DNA from: an uncultured cyanobacterium
GTDB taxonomy: Bacteria > Cyanobacteriota > Cyanobacteriia > PCC-9006 > JAAUQQ01
DNA: 64,000 bases
Reading direction: 5' to 3'
NCBI GenBank assembly: GCA_963718615.1
Contig: OY970368.1
Location: 320,001 to 384,000, forward strand
In this document: positions 1-9,110 of the stretch, piece after piece
Position numbering within the stretch: the stretch's first letter is position 1
How the letters are laid out: the number at the start of each line of letters is the position of its first letter
The notes under the pieces: model-generated
What the model saw: only the letters and a program-made list of their open reading frames with translations
Told to the model about the DNA's origin: nothing
Databases searched by the model: none
Position numbers and translations under genes: made by a program

Positions 1-804
1 GACGCTAGCGAAGTCGGTGCTGCCGCGCAGGTACATCGCTTGGACAATGCGGTTCTTCAGATGACCGTGGGGGCCTTCAATAGAACCGTTCTCGTGGGCG
101 ATTCCCCGGTTGTTTCGCGTCGGTTGCAACCGATAGTGCTCACACAGGTCGTCATACAAGCGCGTCAGCGGTTTGGTCTTCTTCCCACCCAGATTTCGAT
201 AGGCCGCACTCAGGCTATCGGTGCGATGCTGCTTTGGAGCCCCGCCGCAGGCAAACAGGGCATTCTGCAATCCTTCGGATAGGGCGACAAAGCTTTCACC
301 CCCCTCGATTAACTCCGCGTAGGACCAGCCGCTGTAGCCCAAGCGGTAGTGATAAATCAAGTGCTCATAGGGCTTTCCATTTATCGTCACCACCGTCCCT
401 TTGAGTTCGGTGAAGTCGGAAAATCCTTGCACCCCCGGCTCGTGACGCAGCTCAAACATCACCTCGGGAGCTGGACCATACAGTGCTTTCCAGGTTCTCA
501 CTCGCCGCTGAAGCGTCCTGAGCACTTGCGGATATTGACCCGGATATTTGTCCTGCAAATGCTCAAATAACGTCGTCGGTTTCAGTCTTGGCTCAGCTCG
601 CAGCATCGCCTCTAGTTCGGCTTCCCAAAGACCGTTGAGTGGATCTGGCCGGGTCCGCACCCCGGTGCCCTCTCCACTCCCCTGCTGCCACTCGTTGGCA
701 TCCATTCGTTGCGCGGTTCGCACCGAAAATTCCGCCACCGCTGCCGCATCTTGCTGCGACAGGCCATGCTCCTTTGCATTCATGTACACTCGCTGTTGAT
801 ACAT
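1..804 (-). CDS. istA: IS21-family transposase IstA (partial, truncated by the window edge; absent from the ORF track)
   Basis: Manual translation gives MYQQRVYMNAKEHGLSQQDAAA..RTRPDPL..LRTLQRRVRTWKA..FSDFTELKG..GGESFVALSEGLQNAL..HRTDSLSAA..RNNRGIAHENGSIEGPHGHLK, typical of IS21 DDE transposases. Confidence 0.9.
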   Translation of the reverse strand, partial: MYQQRVYMNAKEHGLSQQDAAAVAEFSVRTAQRMDANEWQQGSGEGTGVRTRPDPLNGLWEAELEAMLRAEPRLKPTTLFEHLQDKYPGQYPQVLRTLQRRVRTWKALYGPAPEVMFELRHEPGVQGFSDFTELKGTVVTINGKPYEHLIYHYRLGYSGWSYAELIEGGESFVALSEGLQNALFACGGAPKQHRTDSLSAAYRNLGGKKTKPLTRLYDDLCEHYRLQPTRNNRGIAHENGSIEGPHGHLKNRIVQAMYLRGSTDFASV

Positions 805-988
805 TATTACTCTCGACACTCGTTAGAGTCCTTTCTTTCCAGGGGGACCCTATGAGTGTCTTTTTTTGTCGATCGCCACGCCAGTGAGCTGTCAAAGTCT
901 CACGTCTGTCTCACGATCCAAGCCACGCTTTCGCGACAACTCCCGCCAGGAAATGTCGAGCAGCCGCCAATGCTATTGTCGTCTAACA
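1..988 (-). mobile_element. IS21-family element, left part (runs off the window start)
   Basis: Terminal TGTTAGACGACAA on the minus strand at 988. Subterminal repeats (tgtcgatcgccacgcca ~867, tgtcgagcagccgcca ~954) precede an IstA-type ORF. Confidence 0.85.
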
Positions 989-1544
989 AGTCTCTTTCTC
1001 AACGAGGTGGAAGTCACTAAGCAAAAGGAGTTTGGCTCATTTAATGTGGCCAGTAAATGGAAGAAACGCTACCGGGGATTTGCACCCCATGAGCCTTGGT
1101 TTATTTTGACCAATCTAGAGACTCTAGATGAAGCGATAGGGGCGTACCAGAAAAGATTTGGCATTGAGGAGATGTTTCGAGACCTGAAGCTGGGTGGCTA
1201 CAGTTTGGAGAGCTGCCAGTTGTCTGGAGAGCGTTTAGTGGCGATGATATTGCTGATCGCCCTGGCCTATGTTGAGAGTCTCAAGCAGGGCCAACTTGCC
1301 AAGAGAAGGGGACTACAAAAGTATCTGGCTCGCCCAGAACGTGCAGCTCATGCTCAACGCCGTCACAGTGCATTTCATGTGGGTTTGTGTGCTTATCGTT
1401 GGAGTCCACTTTATCAGTTGTGTGAACCACTCATTATCGAGTTAATGAAACTTAGTCCAAACAAGCGGACTCATTACAAAAAAGGGCTCAGGGCTAGAGA
1501 GTTGACTCTATCTGCTTTCTAGCTTCTGCTGTCGCCCTTCCAGG
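989..1544 (+). mobile_element. IS4-family transposase, C-terminal remnant plus right end, interrupted by IS21
   Basis: EPWFILTNL..YQKRFGIEEMFRDLKLGGYSLE is a YREK-type motif. The ORF stops at 1522 and an IS-like end (gtcgcccttccagg) follows. Confidence 0.8.
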
Positions 1545-1547
1545 GTA

Positions 1548-1901
1548 ATGACCCAATTCTCTCAGTTAACCCCATCTGTGGTAAACCTATCTCCTACAGA
1601 CCTAGCTCAAGCAGCCAATGCTCCCGTAATTATTGACGTACGGAGCGAGCTTGAGTATCTCACGGGCCACGCTTCAGGAGCACGGAACCTTAGTCTGCCC
1701 CGCATTCTGCTCGGCTTGGGTGTATCGCGCTGGTTTTTGCCACAGTGGTTTCGAGAACTTTCCCCCGATCAGCCCATTGCCGTTATCTGTTTGACCGCTC
1801 ACCGAAGTCCCATTGCAGCGAAACAGCTAACTAAGGCAGGGTTTACAACGGTCTATAACATTACTGGCGGCATGATAGAATGGCGGCGATTGGGGTTGTA
1901 G
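1548..1901 (+). CDS. Rhodanese-like domain protein
   Basis: IIDVRSELEY..GHASGA, active-site loop CLTAHRS, GGMIEW. Confidence 0.9.
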   Translation: MTQFSQLTPSVVNLSPTDLAQAANAPVIIDVRSELEYLTGHASGARNLSLPRILLGLGVSRWFLPQWFRELSPDQPIAVICLTAHRSPIAAKQLTKAGFTTVYNITGGMIEWRRLGL

Positions 1902-2012
1902 AGAGTGACATGCGTGAAATGTCTTTTGGGGACAGTCTGCCCTAGTGATAATTGTTGAGAATATTACTTTTTGTCATTGAAGTGATAACCTCTGTATTGT
2001 GGATCAAAGCTA

Positions 2013-2942
2013 ATGTTTATACCTCGTGGATTTGGCGAACGCTTTTTTGCGACAAGTCTAGGAAAAGTAGTTTATTATGCGCCTCAAGGAGAGCTATGGG
2101 GTGAACCTGAGTCAAAGGAAAAGTTGGTCTTTTTGCACGGTTTTGGCGGGGGCTCTTCTGCCTACGAATGGTCGAAGGTGTATCCAGCATTTGCCGCAGA
2201 ATATCAGGTCTTGGCACCCGATTTAATTGGCTGGGGGCGCTCCGATCATCCCGCCCGTAGGTACCAGGCTGAAGATTACATTGCGATGATCATAGAATTT
2301 ATGGAGCAGAGCTGTCAGGAGCCTAGTATTGTAATTGCCTCGGCTCTGACGGCAGCCTTTACGATTCGAGCGGCGATCGCCCGCCCTGACCTATTCAAGT
2401 CATTAATTGTTACCACCGCCGCTGGCTTGGCTGAGTTTGGTAACGACTATCGCCAGAGCGGGTTCGCCCAGTTTGCCCAGTCAGCCGATATCCCCTTTTT
2501 CAATCAACTGCTGTATGGTGCGGGGGTCGCCAACAGTTTTGGCATTCGCAGCTTCTTGGAGCAGCGTCAGTTTGCCGATGCATCGCGCGTCTATCCTGAA
2601 ATTGTTGAGGCCTATCTACAATCGGCTCAGCAACACAATGCCGAGTATGCGGCGCTCTCATTTGTGCGGGGAGATCTGTGCTTTGATCTATCCCAATACA
2701 TCACAGAACTAACAGTACCGACCGCTATCATTTGGGGCAAGGGGTCTGAGTTTACAGATCCCGAGATCGGTCGTCGGCTCGCTGCTATGAATCCTCGGGC
2801 CATCCGTCAGTTTTGCTATCTAGATGATGTGGGTTTTACGCCCCAATTGGAGCAACCGGCGGTGACGATCGGCCTGATTCGCAAGCTCTTGCCTTTATTG
2901 GCGCAGGGCTTGACCGACAACCCGGAGACAGAGACATCATGA
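2013..2942 (+). CDS. Alpha/beta fold hydrolase
   Basis: LVFLHGFGGGSS, APDLIGWGRSD; a cyanobacterial conserved family. Confidence 0.9.
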   Translation: MFIPRGFGERFFATSLGKVVYYAPQGELWGEPESKEKLVFLHGFGGGSSAYEWSKVYPAFAAEYQVLAPDLIGWGRSDHPARRYQAEDYIAMIIEFMEQSCQEPSIVIASALTAAFTIRAAIARPDLFKSLIVTTAAGLAEFGNDYRQSGFAQFAQSADIPFFNQLLYGAGVANSFGIRSFLEQRQFADASRVYPEIVEAYLQSAQQHNAEYAALSFVRGDLCFDLSQYITELTVPTAIIWGKGSEFTDPEIGRRLAAMNPRAIRQFCYLDDVGFTPQLEQPAVTIGLIRKLLPLLAQGLTDNPETETS

Positions 2943-2960
2943 TTAGCGCTGTAACGAACA

Positions 2961-3314
2961 GTGCATGTTGGCACAGCGGATATTCAACGCTCGTTGAAAC
3001 CCGGCGGCAAGTTTGTTTTTATGGAGCATGTTGCCGCGACCGATGGCACCTGTCGTCGCACCGTCCAGGATGGCATTACGCCGATTTGGAAGACAGTATT
3101 TGATCACTGCCATGCCAATCGCGAAACCTGGATAAACCTGGAAAAAGCAGGGTTTGCAACGCTAGACTACCAAACCTTTCGACTATCCATTCCAGTGGTT
3201 AGCCCCCATATTGCTGGAGTAGCAACCCGAGCATCAATTGACCTCAAGACTGAATTGATGCACCGCCAGAACAACTCTAGACAACCTATTTCGAGAGAGA
3301 GCCATGATATTTAA
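2961..3314 (+). pseudogene. Class I SAM methyltransferase (METTL7-like), C-terminal fragment only
   Basis: IQRSLKPGGKFVFMEHV..HCHANRET..LEKAGF is present, but the N-terminal GxGxG SAM-binding half is missing. Confidence 0.7.
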
Positions 3315-3315
3315 T

Positions 3316-3431
3316 CCCGGATATCTCACCAGTGCCGAGGGATCGGGGTCACCAACCAGCGAGAATGTAATAACCCGGATATCTCACCAGTGCCGAGGGA
3401 TCGGGGTCACCAACCAGCGAGAATGTAATAA
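3316..3431 (+). repeat. Exact 58-bp tandem duplication of the IS1380 left end
   Basis: 3316-3373 is identical to 3374-3431. Confidence 0.95.
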
Positions 3432-3458
3432 CCACAAGACATTCAGCGGTTTGCAAAG

Positions 3459-4952
3459 ATGGCCCCGACCCAAACAGAGTGTAACTTGCCAAGCTACGAG
3501 TTTGGACGCCTGAATCAACGCAAGATAGTAGCGAACTTTAGCGGTGGTGAGCTCAGCAGTGATGGAGGGCTGCTGCTAATTCGAGAAATCGACCAGCTAT
3601 ATCGAATCAGTGAGCGGCTGTCCGAGTGCTTTACGGATCACCGCGATGGCAGCCGGGTGCAACATGAATTGAAAACGCTGCTCGGGCAACGGCTTTATGG
3701 ATTGGTGCAAGGCTACGAGGACGTGAATGACCATGACGACCTTCGGCATGAGCGATTATTTGGGGTAGTTCTGGGTCAGTTAGAAAGCCAGCATCCGCGC
3801 TGTGCACCGTTAGCGGGCAAGAGCACCCTCAACCGATTGGAGCAAGCGATGCATGTCCCCCGCGACTTGTCAGATTCGCGCTACGTGAAACTGAGCCTGG
3901 ACCCGGCTGCCATCGAGGCGCTCTTGGTGGAGCTATTCATCGAACAACTCGAAGGTGAACCGAAACAAATCATCCTGGACATGGATGTCACCGATGACCC
4001 CACCCATGGCACCCAGGAAGGTTCAGCGTTCAATGGGTATTACCGCCATGACTGCTACACCCCGTTGCTCATCTTCAGTGGTCGCCATTTGTTGAGTGCA
4101 AAACTGCGACCGGCCAATGTGGACCCCGCAGCGGGAGCGTTAGAAGAACTCCAACGCATCGTGGCTCAGATTCGAGGTCATTGGCCGAAGGTGAAGATTC
4201 TGGTGCGCGGCGATAGTGCTTACAGCCGAGATGACATCATGCTGTGGTGTGAAGGTGAAGCCCAGGTGGACTTTGTTTTTGCCCACAGCAGCAATGAGCG
4301 CTTGCGCCAATTGACTTGGGGGTTAGAACAGCGAGCCAAAGCCGTTTATGAGGCCCAGCGCCAAACGGTTGCTGCCACCTTAGAACCTCTGTTAGAGCAG
4401 AGTGCAAGTGAACTAGAGGCTGAACTCAACCGCTTGGTTCCGCCCCAGGTTTGGCATCAGTCCTTGAGCTATGCCACGCTTAAATCCTGGAGCTGTGAGC
4501 GTCGCGTCATTTGCAAGCTCACCTACGATGGCAATGGCCCACGTCGCCATTTCGTTGTCACCTCTTTGACAGCACAGCAGGCCCATCCCGCTCACCTTCA
4601 CCGCGATTATTACTGTCCGCGAGGAGAGATGGAAAATCGCATCAAGGAGCATCAGCTTGACCTCTTCAGCGACCGCACCTCCACCCATGACTTTGAAAGC
4701 AATCAGCTCAGACTCTGGTTTTCATCCTTCGCCTATGTCTTGATGCAGGCCCTGCGCCTCAAGGCACTCGCCAAAACTGAACTCGCTGATGCGACTCTGG
4801 GCACCATTCGACGCAAGCTGCTCAAGCTTGGCGCACAGGTTCGCATCTCTGTCAGGCGCATTCTCGTCGCATTCACTTTCGCTTCGCCCATACAAACCCT
4901 CTTTGAAGCGGCAGCACAACAGTTGCGCAGACGACTCCCTAGGCCAGGATAG
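3459..4952 (+). CDS. IS1380-family transposase
   Basis: FSGGELSSDGGLLL, LAGKSTLNRLE, LDMDVTDD, LVRGDSAY, YCPRGEMENRIKE, ESNQLRL. Confidence 0.95.
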   Translation: MAPTQTECNLPSYEFGRLNQRKIVANFSGGELSSDGGLLLIREIDQLYRISERLSECFTDHRDGSRVQHELKTLLGQRLYGLVQGYEDVNDHDDLRHERLFGVVLGQLESQHPRCAPLAGKSTLNRLEQAMHVPRDLSDSRYVKLSLDPAAIEALLVELFIEQLEGEPKQIILDMDVTDDPTHGTQEGSAFNGYYRHDCYTPLLIFSGRHLLSAKLRPANVDPAAGALEELQRIVAQIRGHWPKVKILVRGDSAYSRDDIMLWCEGEAQVDFVFAHSSNERLRQLTWGLEQRAKAVYEAQRQTVAATLEPLLEQSASELEAELNRLVPPQVWHQSLSYATLKSWSCERRVICKLTYDGNGPRRHFVVTSLTAQQAHPAHLHRDYYCPRGEMENRIKEHQLDLFSDRTSTHDFESNQLRLWFSSFAYVLMQALRLKALAKTELADATLGTIRRKLLKLGAQVRISVRRILVAFTFASPIQTLFEAAAQQLRRRLPRPG

Positions 4953-5226
4953 ACCGATGAGTAGAACTCTAGCCTTTCGCTCCGACTTTAATTCAACGAC
5001 TCTCCAAGGGTGAGATTACACACCCTTGCTTTGACCTGCTCAAAATCTGCCTGAAGCCCCATATCTAGAGCACAATGACTACCTTTACAGCATAGACAGC
5101 CTGAAAGATGCCTCAGGCATCCTCTATTGCTCGAGTCAACAGACTGCTCATCTCATTTCGGGCAAGCCTGATACTCTCTATCCGCCCTGGTGAGAAATCC
5201 GGGTTAATCAGTCGCTGCGAGCCGTC

Positions 5227-5718
5227 ATGCTGGCTCTCGTCCTGGGGGGTTGTTTGTGGGTGGGGGTGGGGGCAAACTTGGCCATGGCAGTACCGTTTTC
5301 AGTGGCGGAATCAAGGGTTCACGATAGGGGACCAACCCTGTCTGAACCATCATTGGACCTAAAGGCCGAAGTCGATCGCGTTCTCACCGCCATTCCTACT
5401 GGCTTCTACAAGGTGGACGATGTGGCGGGGCTCAAACGCCTGCAATCTAACGCCCAGGCGCAGGTGGTTGATGTACGTGAACCGGCGGAGTACGGGGCAG
5501 GCCACATCCCTGGGGCGATCAACATCCCGCTGCGCACCCTGGCCCAGCACCTTGACCAGATCGAGGGCGATCGCCCGGTGGTGCTCTACTGCTCCTCGGG
5601 CTACCGCTCGGCCATGGGTGTCGTGATGCTGCATCTGCTGGGCTATGACAATGTGCAGGGGTTTCCCCCCAGTCTGGCGGGTTGGAAGGTGGCGGGGGAG
5701 GCGATCGCTAAACCCTAA
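5227..5718 (+). CDS. Exported rhodanese-like protein (original start at 3304, split off by IS1380)
   Basis: VVDVREPAEYGAGHIPGA, CSSGYRS and a hydrophobic N-terminus. Removing the IS restores MIFNQSLRAVMLALVLGG in frame. Confidence 0.85.
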   Translation: MLALVLGGCLWVGVGANLAMAVPFSVAESRVHDRGPTLSEPSLDLKAEVDRVLTAIPTGFYKVDDVAGLKRLQSNAQAQVVDVREPAEYGAGHIPGAINIPLRTLAQHLDQIEGDRPVVLYCSSGYRSAMGVVMLHLLGYDNVQGFPPSLAGWKVAGEAIAKP

Positions 5719-5829
5719 CGTTACAGAATTTGGCGCTTCCCCGTGGATAGAAGGTGCCCGTAGTGCAGGCATCCTACACGCACGGGCGAGAATCCGTCCT
5801 ATTGATATGAATCAATTCGGGTTACTGTA

Positions 5830-6282
5830 TCAACCTTTACTACTCACCCCATCGGTTGTTCGTCCAGCCATTTCGCTGGGGTGAATCTGGTAAAGCGCCA
5901 TTTCCTCCGCCCGGCCCCAGGCGTCGATCCAGGTGCGGTTAATGGCAGGCGACAGAGCTGGATTGTGTGTTTTGACAAATTCCATCACGCGATCAATAGC
6001 GCCCTGTTCAGTGATGTGCTCGGCCCGGCCTGTTATCGTAACGCTGCGCCAGTGCTGGAGATTGCTGACATCTTCAACCTGTAGGCCAACCTCTGGGTTG
6101 ACATCCATATACTTAGTTTTCATCCCCACTGTGGTGAAGATGTAAATAGCTGGCTCGTCAAAATAGTAGTGCATTGGCACAACGTAAGGATGCCCGTCAA
6201 GGGCGCAGCCCAGATGTCCATGCCCTACTTCTCTCAGCAGTTCATGTATCTCTTTTGTGTTCATCTCATCAATATCTAACAT
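5830..6282 (-). CDS. Pyridoxamine 5'-phosphate oxidase-like flavin-binding protein (NimA/pyridox_ox_2)
   Basis: GHLGC..PYVVPMHY..GMKT..NPEV..WRSVTITG. Confidence 0.85.
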   Translation of the reverse strand: MLDIDEMNTKEIHELLREVGHGHLGCALDGHPYVVPMHYYFDEPAIYIFTTVGMKTKYMDVNPEVGLQVEDVSNLQHWRSVTITGRAEHITEQGAIDRVMEFVKTHNPALSPAINRTWIDAWGRAEEMALYQIHPSEMAGRTTDGVSSKG

Positions 6283-6349
6283 AGCATTTCTCCCTAAATA
6301 TTAGGACACCCGTAATGTGTTAAAGGAAAATTACGCCCCACAGGTTGGG

Positions 6350-6700
6350 TCAATGATTGGAGTCAGTCACCCTTTCCGAAAGTGTCAGCAAAAAGGTGAG
6401 ATCTGTCATAGTGTTAAGTGAGTGGCGTGCGTTAGCCGGTATAAAGGCAAAGACCCCTAGTTCCAAAACAATTTCTTCGTTTTCTAGGGTCAGTACACCT
6501 TGCCCTTCAATGACATTCACGGTGGCATTGCGAGGATTAGTATGTTCTGAAATGGAGGTTGATGCCGCCAGAGACATCAGTGTATAGCGACAATTTTTAT
6601 CTTCTAGAAGAATCTTGCTCTTGGCTCCAGATTGAGGATACTCAATTACATTAGACCAATTAATTTGTGTTGCTTTCGGTGACAGTATAGCTGTGCTCAT
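6350..6700 (-). CDS. Cupin domain protein
   Basis: EHT..VIEGQG..IPANARHSL cupin motifs. Confidence 0.85.
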   Translation of the reverse strand: MSTAILSPKATQINWSNVIEYPQSGAKSKILLEDKNCRYTLMSLAASTSISEHTNPRNATVNVIEGQGVLTLENEEIVLELGVFAFIPANARHSLNTMTDLTFLLTLSERVTDSNH

Positions 6701-6786
6701 GGAGTTGAACCTTTTATAGTAGGGAGATGGCTGTCATTGATGAAGATGCTCATAGATGAGCTTTTCCATCACCTCTTTTTTATCAG

Positions 6787-7290
6787 CTAGGGAAAAACAA
6801 TTTTTGAGATCGGCGCACGACCCAAGAAAATGTATGCAGCCGGTCGTAGCACACTTTCAGAGTAAAGAATCTTTTGCACGTCTAGGCTAGGCGCACGTTT
6901 AGCGGTGGCATTATAGGTTGCAATTTCTCCTGCCAGACTAAAGTCACTGTTAGTTAGGTAGTGATCATCATCGTGGATTGCCTGAAAAATAAAGTTATAG
7001 ATCGGATTAAGGCCTAGGGACGTATCGTAATTCTCCCCGGATACCCAAAGATGGCTTCTCTGAATATCAGCAAACATCTCTGGAACATTCTCATAACGCT
7101 CGTACCATGAAAACTCTATATTCAATGGAAGACTCTGGTACTCGCTCCAAAGCCAATCACAGAATTGAGCGATCGCTGCGTCGGAAATCTCGGCGGGGTT
7201 ACCTTCCAAGTAGATCCTTGCCAGGTGCTCGATTTTGGCTGCTGTTGTGGCTTGAGAATTTTGAAGCAAATTGTCTGTACTGGGCATCAT
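6787..7290 (-). CDS. Conserved hypothetical protein with an HDxxH motif
   Basis: 167-aa ORF with FQAIHDDDH..DFSLAGE, co-oriented with its neighbours. Confidence 0.7.
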   Translation of the reverse strand: MMPSTDNLLQNSQATTAAKIEHLARIYLEGNPAEISDAAIAQFCDWLWSEYQSLPLNIEFSWYERYENVPEMFADIQRSHLWVSGENYDTSLGLNPIYNFIFQAIHDDDHYLTNSDFSLAGEIATYNATAKRAPSLDVQKILYSESVLRPAAYIFLGRAPISKIVFP

Positions 7291-7530
7291 ATCGTGCCTT
7301 GCATAGACGACTCACCTTCATCCTGGCACGTCTTTTTAATTATGGCCGCTCCGAATTTAGATCTCATCCTTTTGGCTAGCTAAAATCTTACGTTTTACAT
7401 CATAGTTCATCAACTCGTTCAAGAGACCAAACACAGCCTTAGCATATAGTTAAGGAGATATTAGTTGTCGAGGTTAGTCACAACAGGTTAACAAGCTTTG
7501 TGCGAGCAAACCAAAGAAAGAGGAAAACCA

Positions 7531-7737
7531 GTGGCAACACAATATCAAGTAATCAGCGACTGGCTATGCCTGACGACCAGGCAAAAAGCTAGAAAAATTG
7601 AACGTCATCTAAATCGACTCTCTGCGGAAGGATGGGAGTTTGTCGCCCTCGATCCCGTAATGTTTTTTGGGAATGACGTTGGATTTTACCTGATCCTCAA
7701 GAGATCATTTTCAGAAAACCCTAATCAATCGCGTTAG
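7531..7737 (+). CDS. DUF4177-like small protein
   Basis: LNRLSAEGWEFV..LILKR motif. GTG start at 7531 follows an AGGA RBS. Confidence 0.7.
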   Translation: MATQYQVISDWLCLTTRQKARKIERHLNRLSAEGWEFVALDPVMFFGNDVGFYLILKRSFSENPNQSR

Positions 7738-7748
7738 GAGCATCGCTG

Positions 7749-8267
7749 ATGAAATATAAGATTGTATGTCTAGGATTATCGCTCTTCCTGTATGGCATAG
7801 CGCTTGCACTACCTTGTCTTTTGTTTAATGTGGTTCCTACAGAATCTGTGGGTGAGAGTCCCTCCAATCCTAGTGACGTTTATGCCATGAAGGGGATTGA
7901 ACTAACTTTCCTTGGCATCATTGGCTTACTTTTCCTGCAAATTCCCGCAATTGGTTGGCTCGCCAATCCAATCTATTGGTTGTGCTGCGTCATGTTTATG
8001 ATGCAACGTTATCGGTTTGCATCCATAGCTGGAATTGCCGCCATCTTCATTGGTTTTGGAGGAACATTTTCAGCATTTTGGTTCAACTTGCCTGCGGACA
8101 GCGGTGGCGTTTCTGAATTTGCTCTGAGTCAATTGTTGCTGGGTTTTTGGCTATGGCTAGCGGCTCCGGGCTTAATAGCCTTAGCTTCTTTTATCGGTCT
8201 GTTAAAACAGCCAACTCAATTGACCCATAGAAACGATCCAGAGAGGAGCCATAGATTAGAGCTATGA
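7749..8267 (+). CDS. Hypothetical multi-pass membrane protein
   Basis: Several hydrophobic helices; WLANP and GFWLW motifs; AGGAG RBS. Confidence 0.8.
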   Translation: MKYKIVCLGLSLFLYGIALALPCLLFNVVPTESVGESPSNPSDVYAMKGIELTFLGIIGLLFLQIPAIGWLANPIYWLCCVMFMMQRYRFASIAGIAAIFIGFGGTFSAFWFNLPADSGGVSEFALSQLLLGFWLWLAAPGLIALASFIGLLKQPTQLTHRNDPERSHRLEL

Positions 8268-9037
8268 GACCTCAACAGCTTTCCCTCGATGCCTTTTGGG
8301 AGTCAGCCATATCTCAGAAGCGCGTATTCAGCCCTAATGACGTTGCTCATTTGCCAGAAGCCGTAAGGCGGTATCTCGAACATGCGATGGCAGAGCCTCT
8401 CCTGGGGAGTATCGCACCTGGTACCGTCCTCGCCTCAGCCGTACGCCTCAAAATGCATGGCGAAATCAAACTCAAGACCTGGATTCCCTTCACCGCAGAG
8501 CAAGTCGTCTGCTGGGATCGCGGCTTTATTTGGAGCGCCACCGCCTGGATGAACCGCTTACCCATTGTGGGATCAGATCGAATCATTGATGGCGTTGGGG
8601 CCATGCAGTGGAAGCTGTTGGGGCTATTTCCGGTGATGACTGGGAGCGGTGCTGATATTACCCGATCGGCGGCGGGGCGCTTCCACACCGAGTTAATGCT
8701 GTTGCCATCGGCACTTTGTCTGGGTGATGTGACCTGGAGTAGCCCAGAGGCATCGCACCTCCATGCCAGTTTTATGGCCCAAGCTGAACAGGCAGAACTC
8801 GACTTGACCATCGACCAGGCAGGTCGGCTCAAAACTGCGAAACTTCCGCGCTGGGGCAATCCAGACGGTGCGGAACATCGCTATGTGGATTTTGGGGCGA
8901 TTGTAGAAGAAGAAGGCACCTTCTGCGGCTACACGATTCCCACCCGTCTGCGGGTTGGGTGGTATTTTGGCACCGAGCGATTTGAGGCAGAAGGCGAGTT
9001 CTTCCGAGCCACCATTGATGATGCCATCTATCAGTAA
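8264..9037 (+). CDS. DUF6544-like protein carrying an 8-aa in-frame insertion
   Basis: LPEAVRRYL..WIPFTAEQ..GFIWSA..TIPTRLRVGW. Start overlaps the upstream stop (ATGA). Confidence 0.8.
   Translation: MRPQQLSLDAFWESAISQKRVFSPNDVAHLPEAVRRYLEHAMAEPLLGSIAPGTVLASAVRLKMHGEIKLKTWIPFTAEQVVCWDRGFIWSATAWMNRLPIVGSDRIIDGVGAMQWKLLGLFPVMTGSGADITRSAAGRFHTELMLLPSALCLGDVTWSSPEASHLHASFMAQAEQAELDLTIDQAGRLKTAKLPRWGNPDGAEHRYVDFGAIVEEEGTFCGYTIPTRLRVGWYFGTERFEAEGEFFRATIDDAIYQ
8384..8415. repeat. HIP1 site split by a 24-nt double mini-hairpin insertion (SDR5-like)
   Basis: GCG[ATGGCAGAGCCTCTCCTGGGGAGT]ATCGC, containing hairpins GGC-aga-GCC and CTCC-tgg-GGAG. Confidence 0.75.
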
Positions 9038-9110
9038 TAGTTTCTAGTTTCAAAAAGTCCGATTTGCGGAAATCCGGGTTGATTAAAAAGATGTAATAAC
9101 GAGGTCAGCG

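Larger units (their letters stand above)
3316..5203 (+). mobile_element. IS1380-family insertion sequence with 5-bp TSD (TTAAT)
   Basis: IRs CCCGGATATCTCACCAG (3316) and CTGGTGAGAAATCCGGG (5187-5203). TTAAT flanks at 3311-3315 and 5204-5208. Confidence 0.95.

Noticed and set aside
866-988. N-terminus of track ORF 866..1522
   Set aside because: It is IS21 terminal sequence read through by chance.
1945-1972. Fur/PerR-like box upstream of the hydrolase
   Set aside because: Only a half-site (TTGAGAAT) in AT-rich DNA; not enough support.
9058-9078. IS1380-like end (gaaatccggg)
   Set aside because: Only about 10 bp of similarity, with no partner IR.
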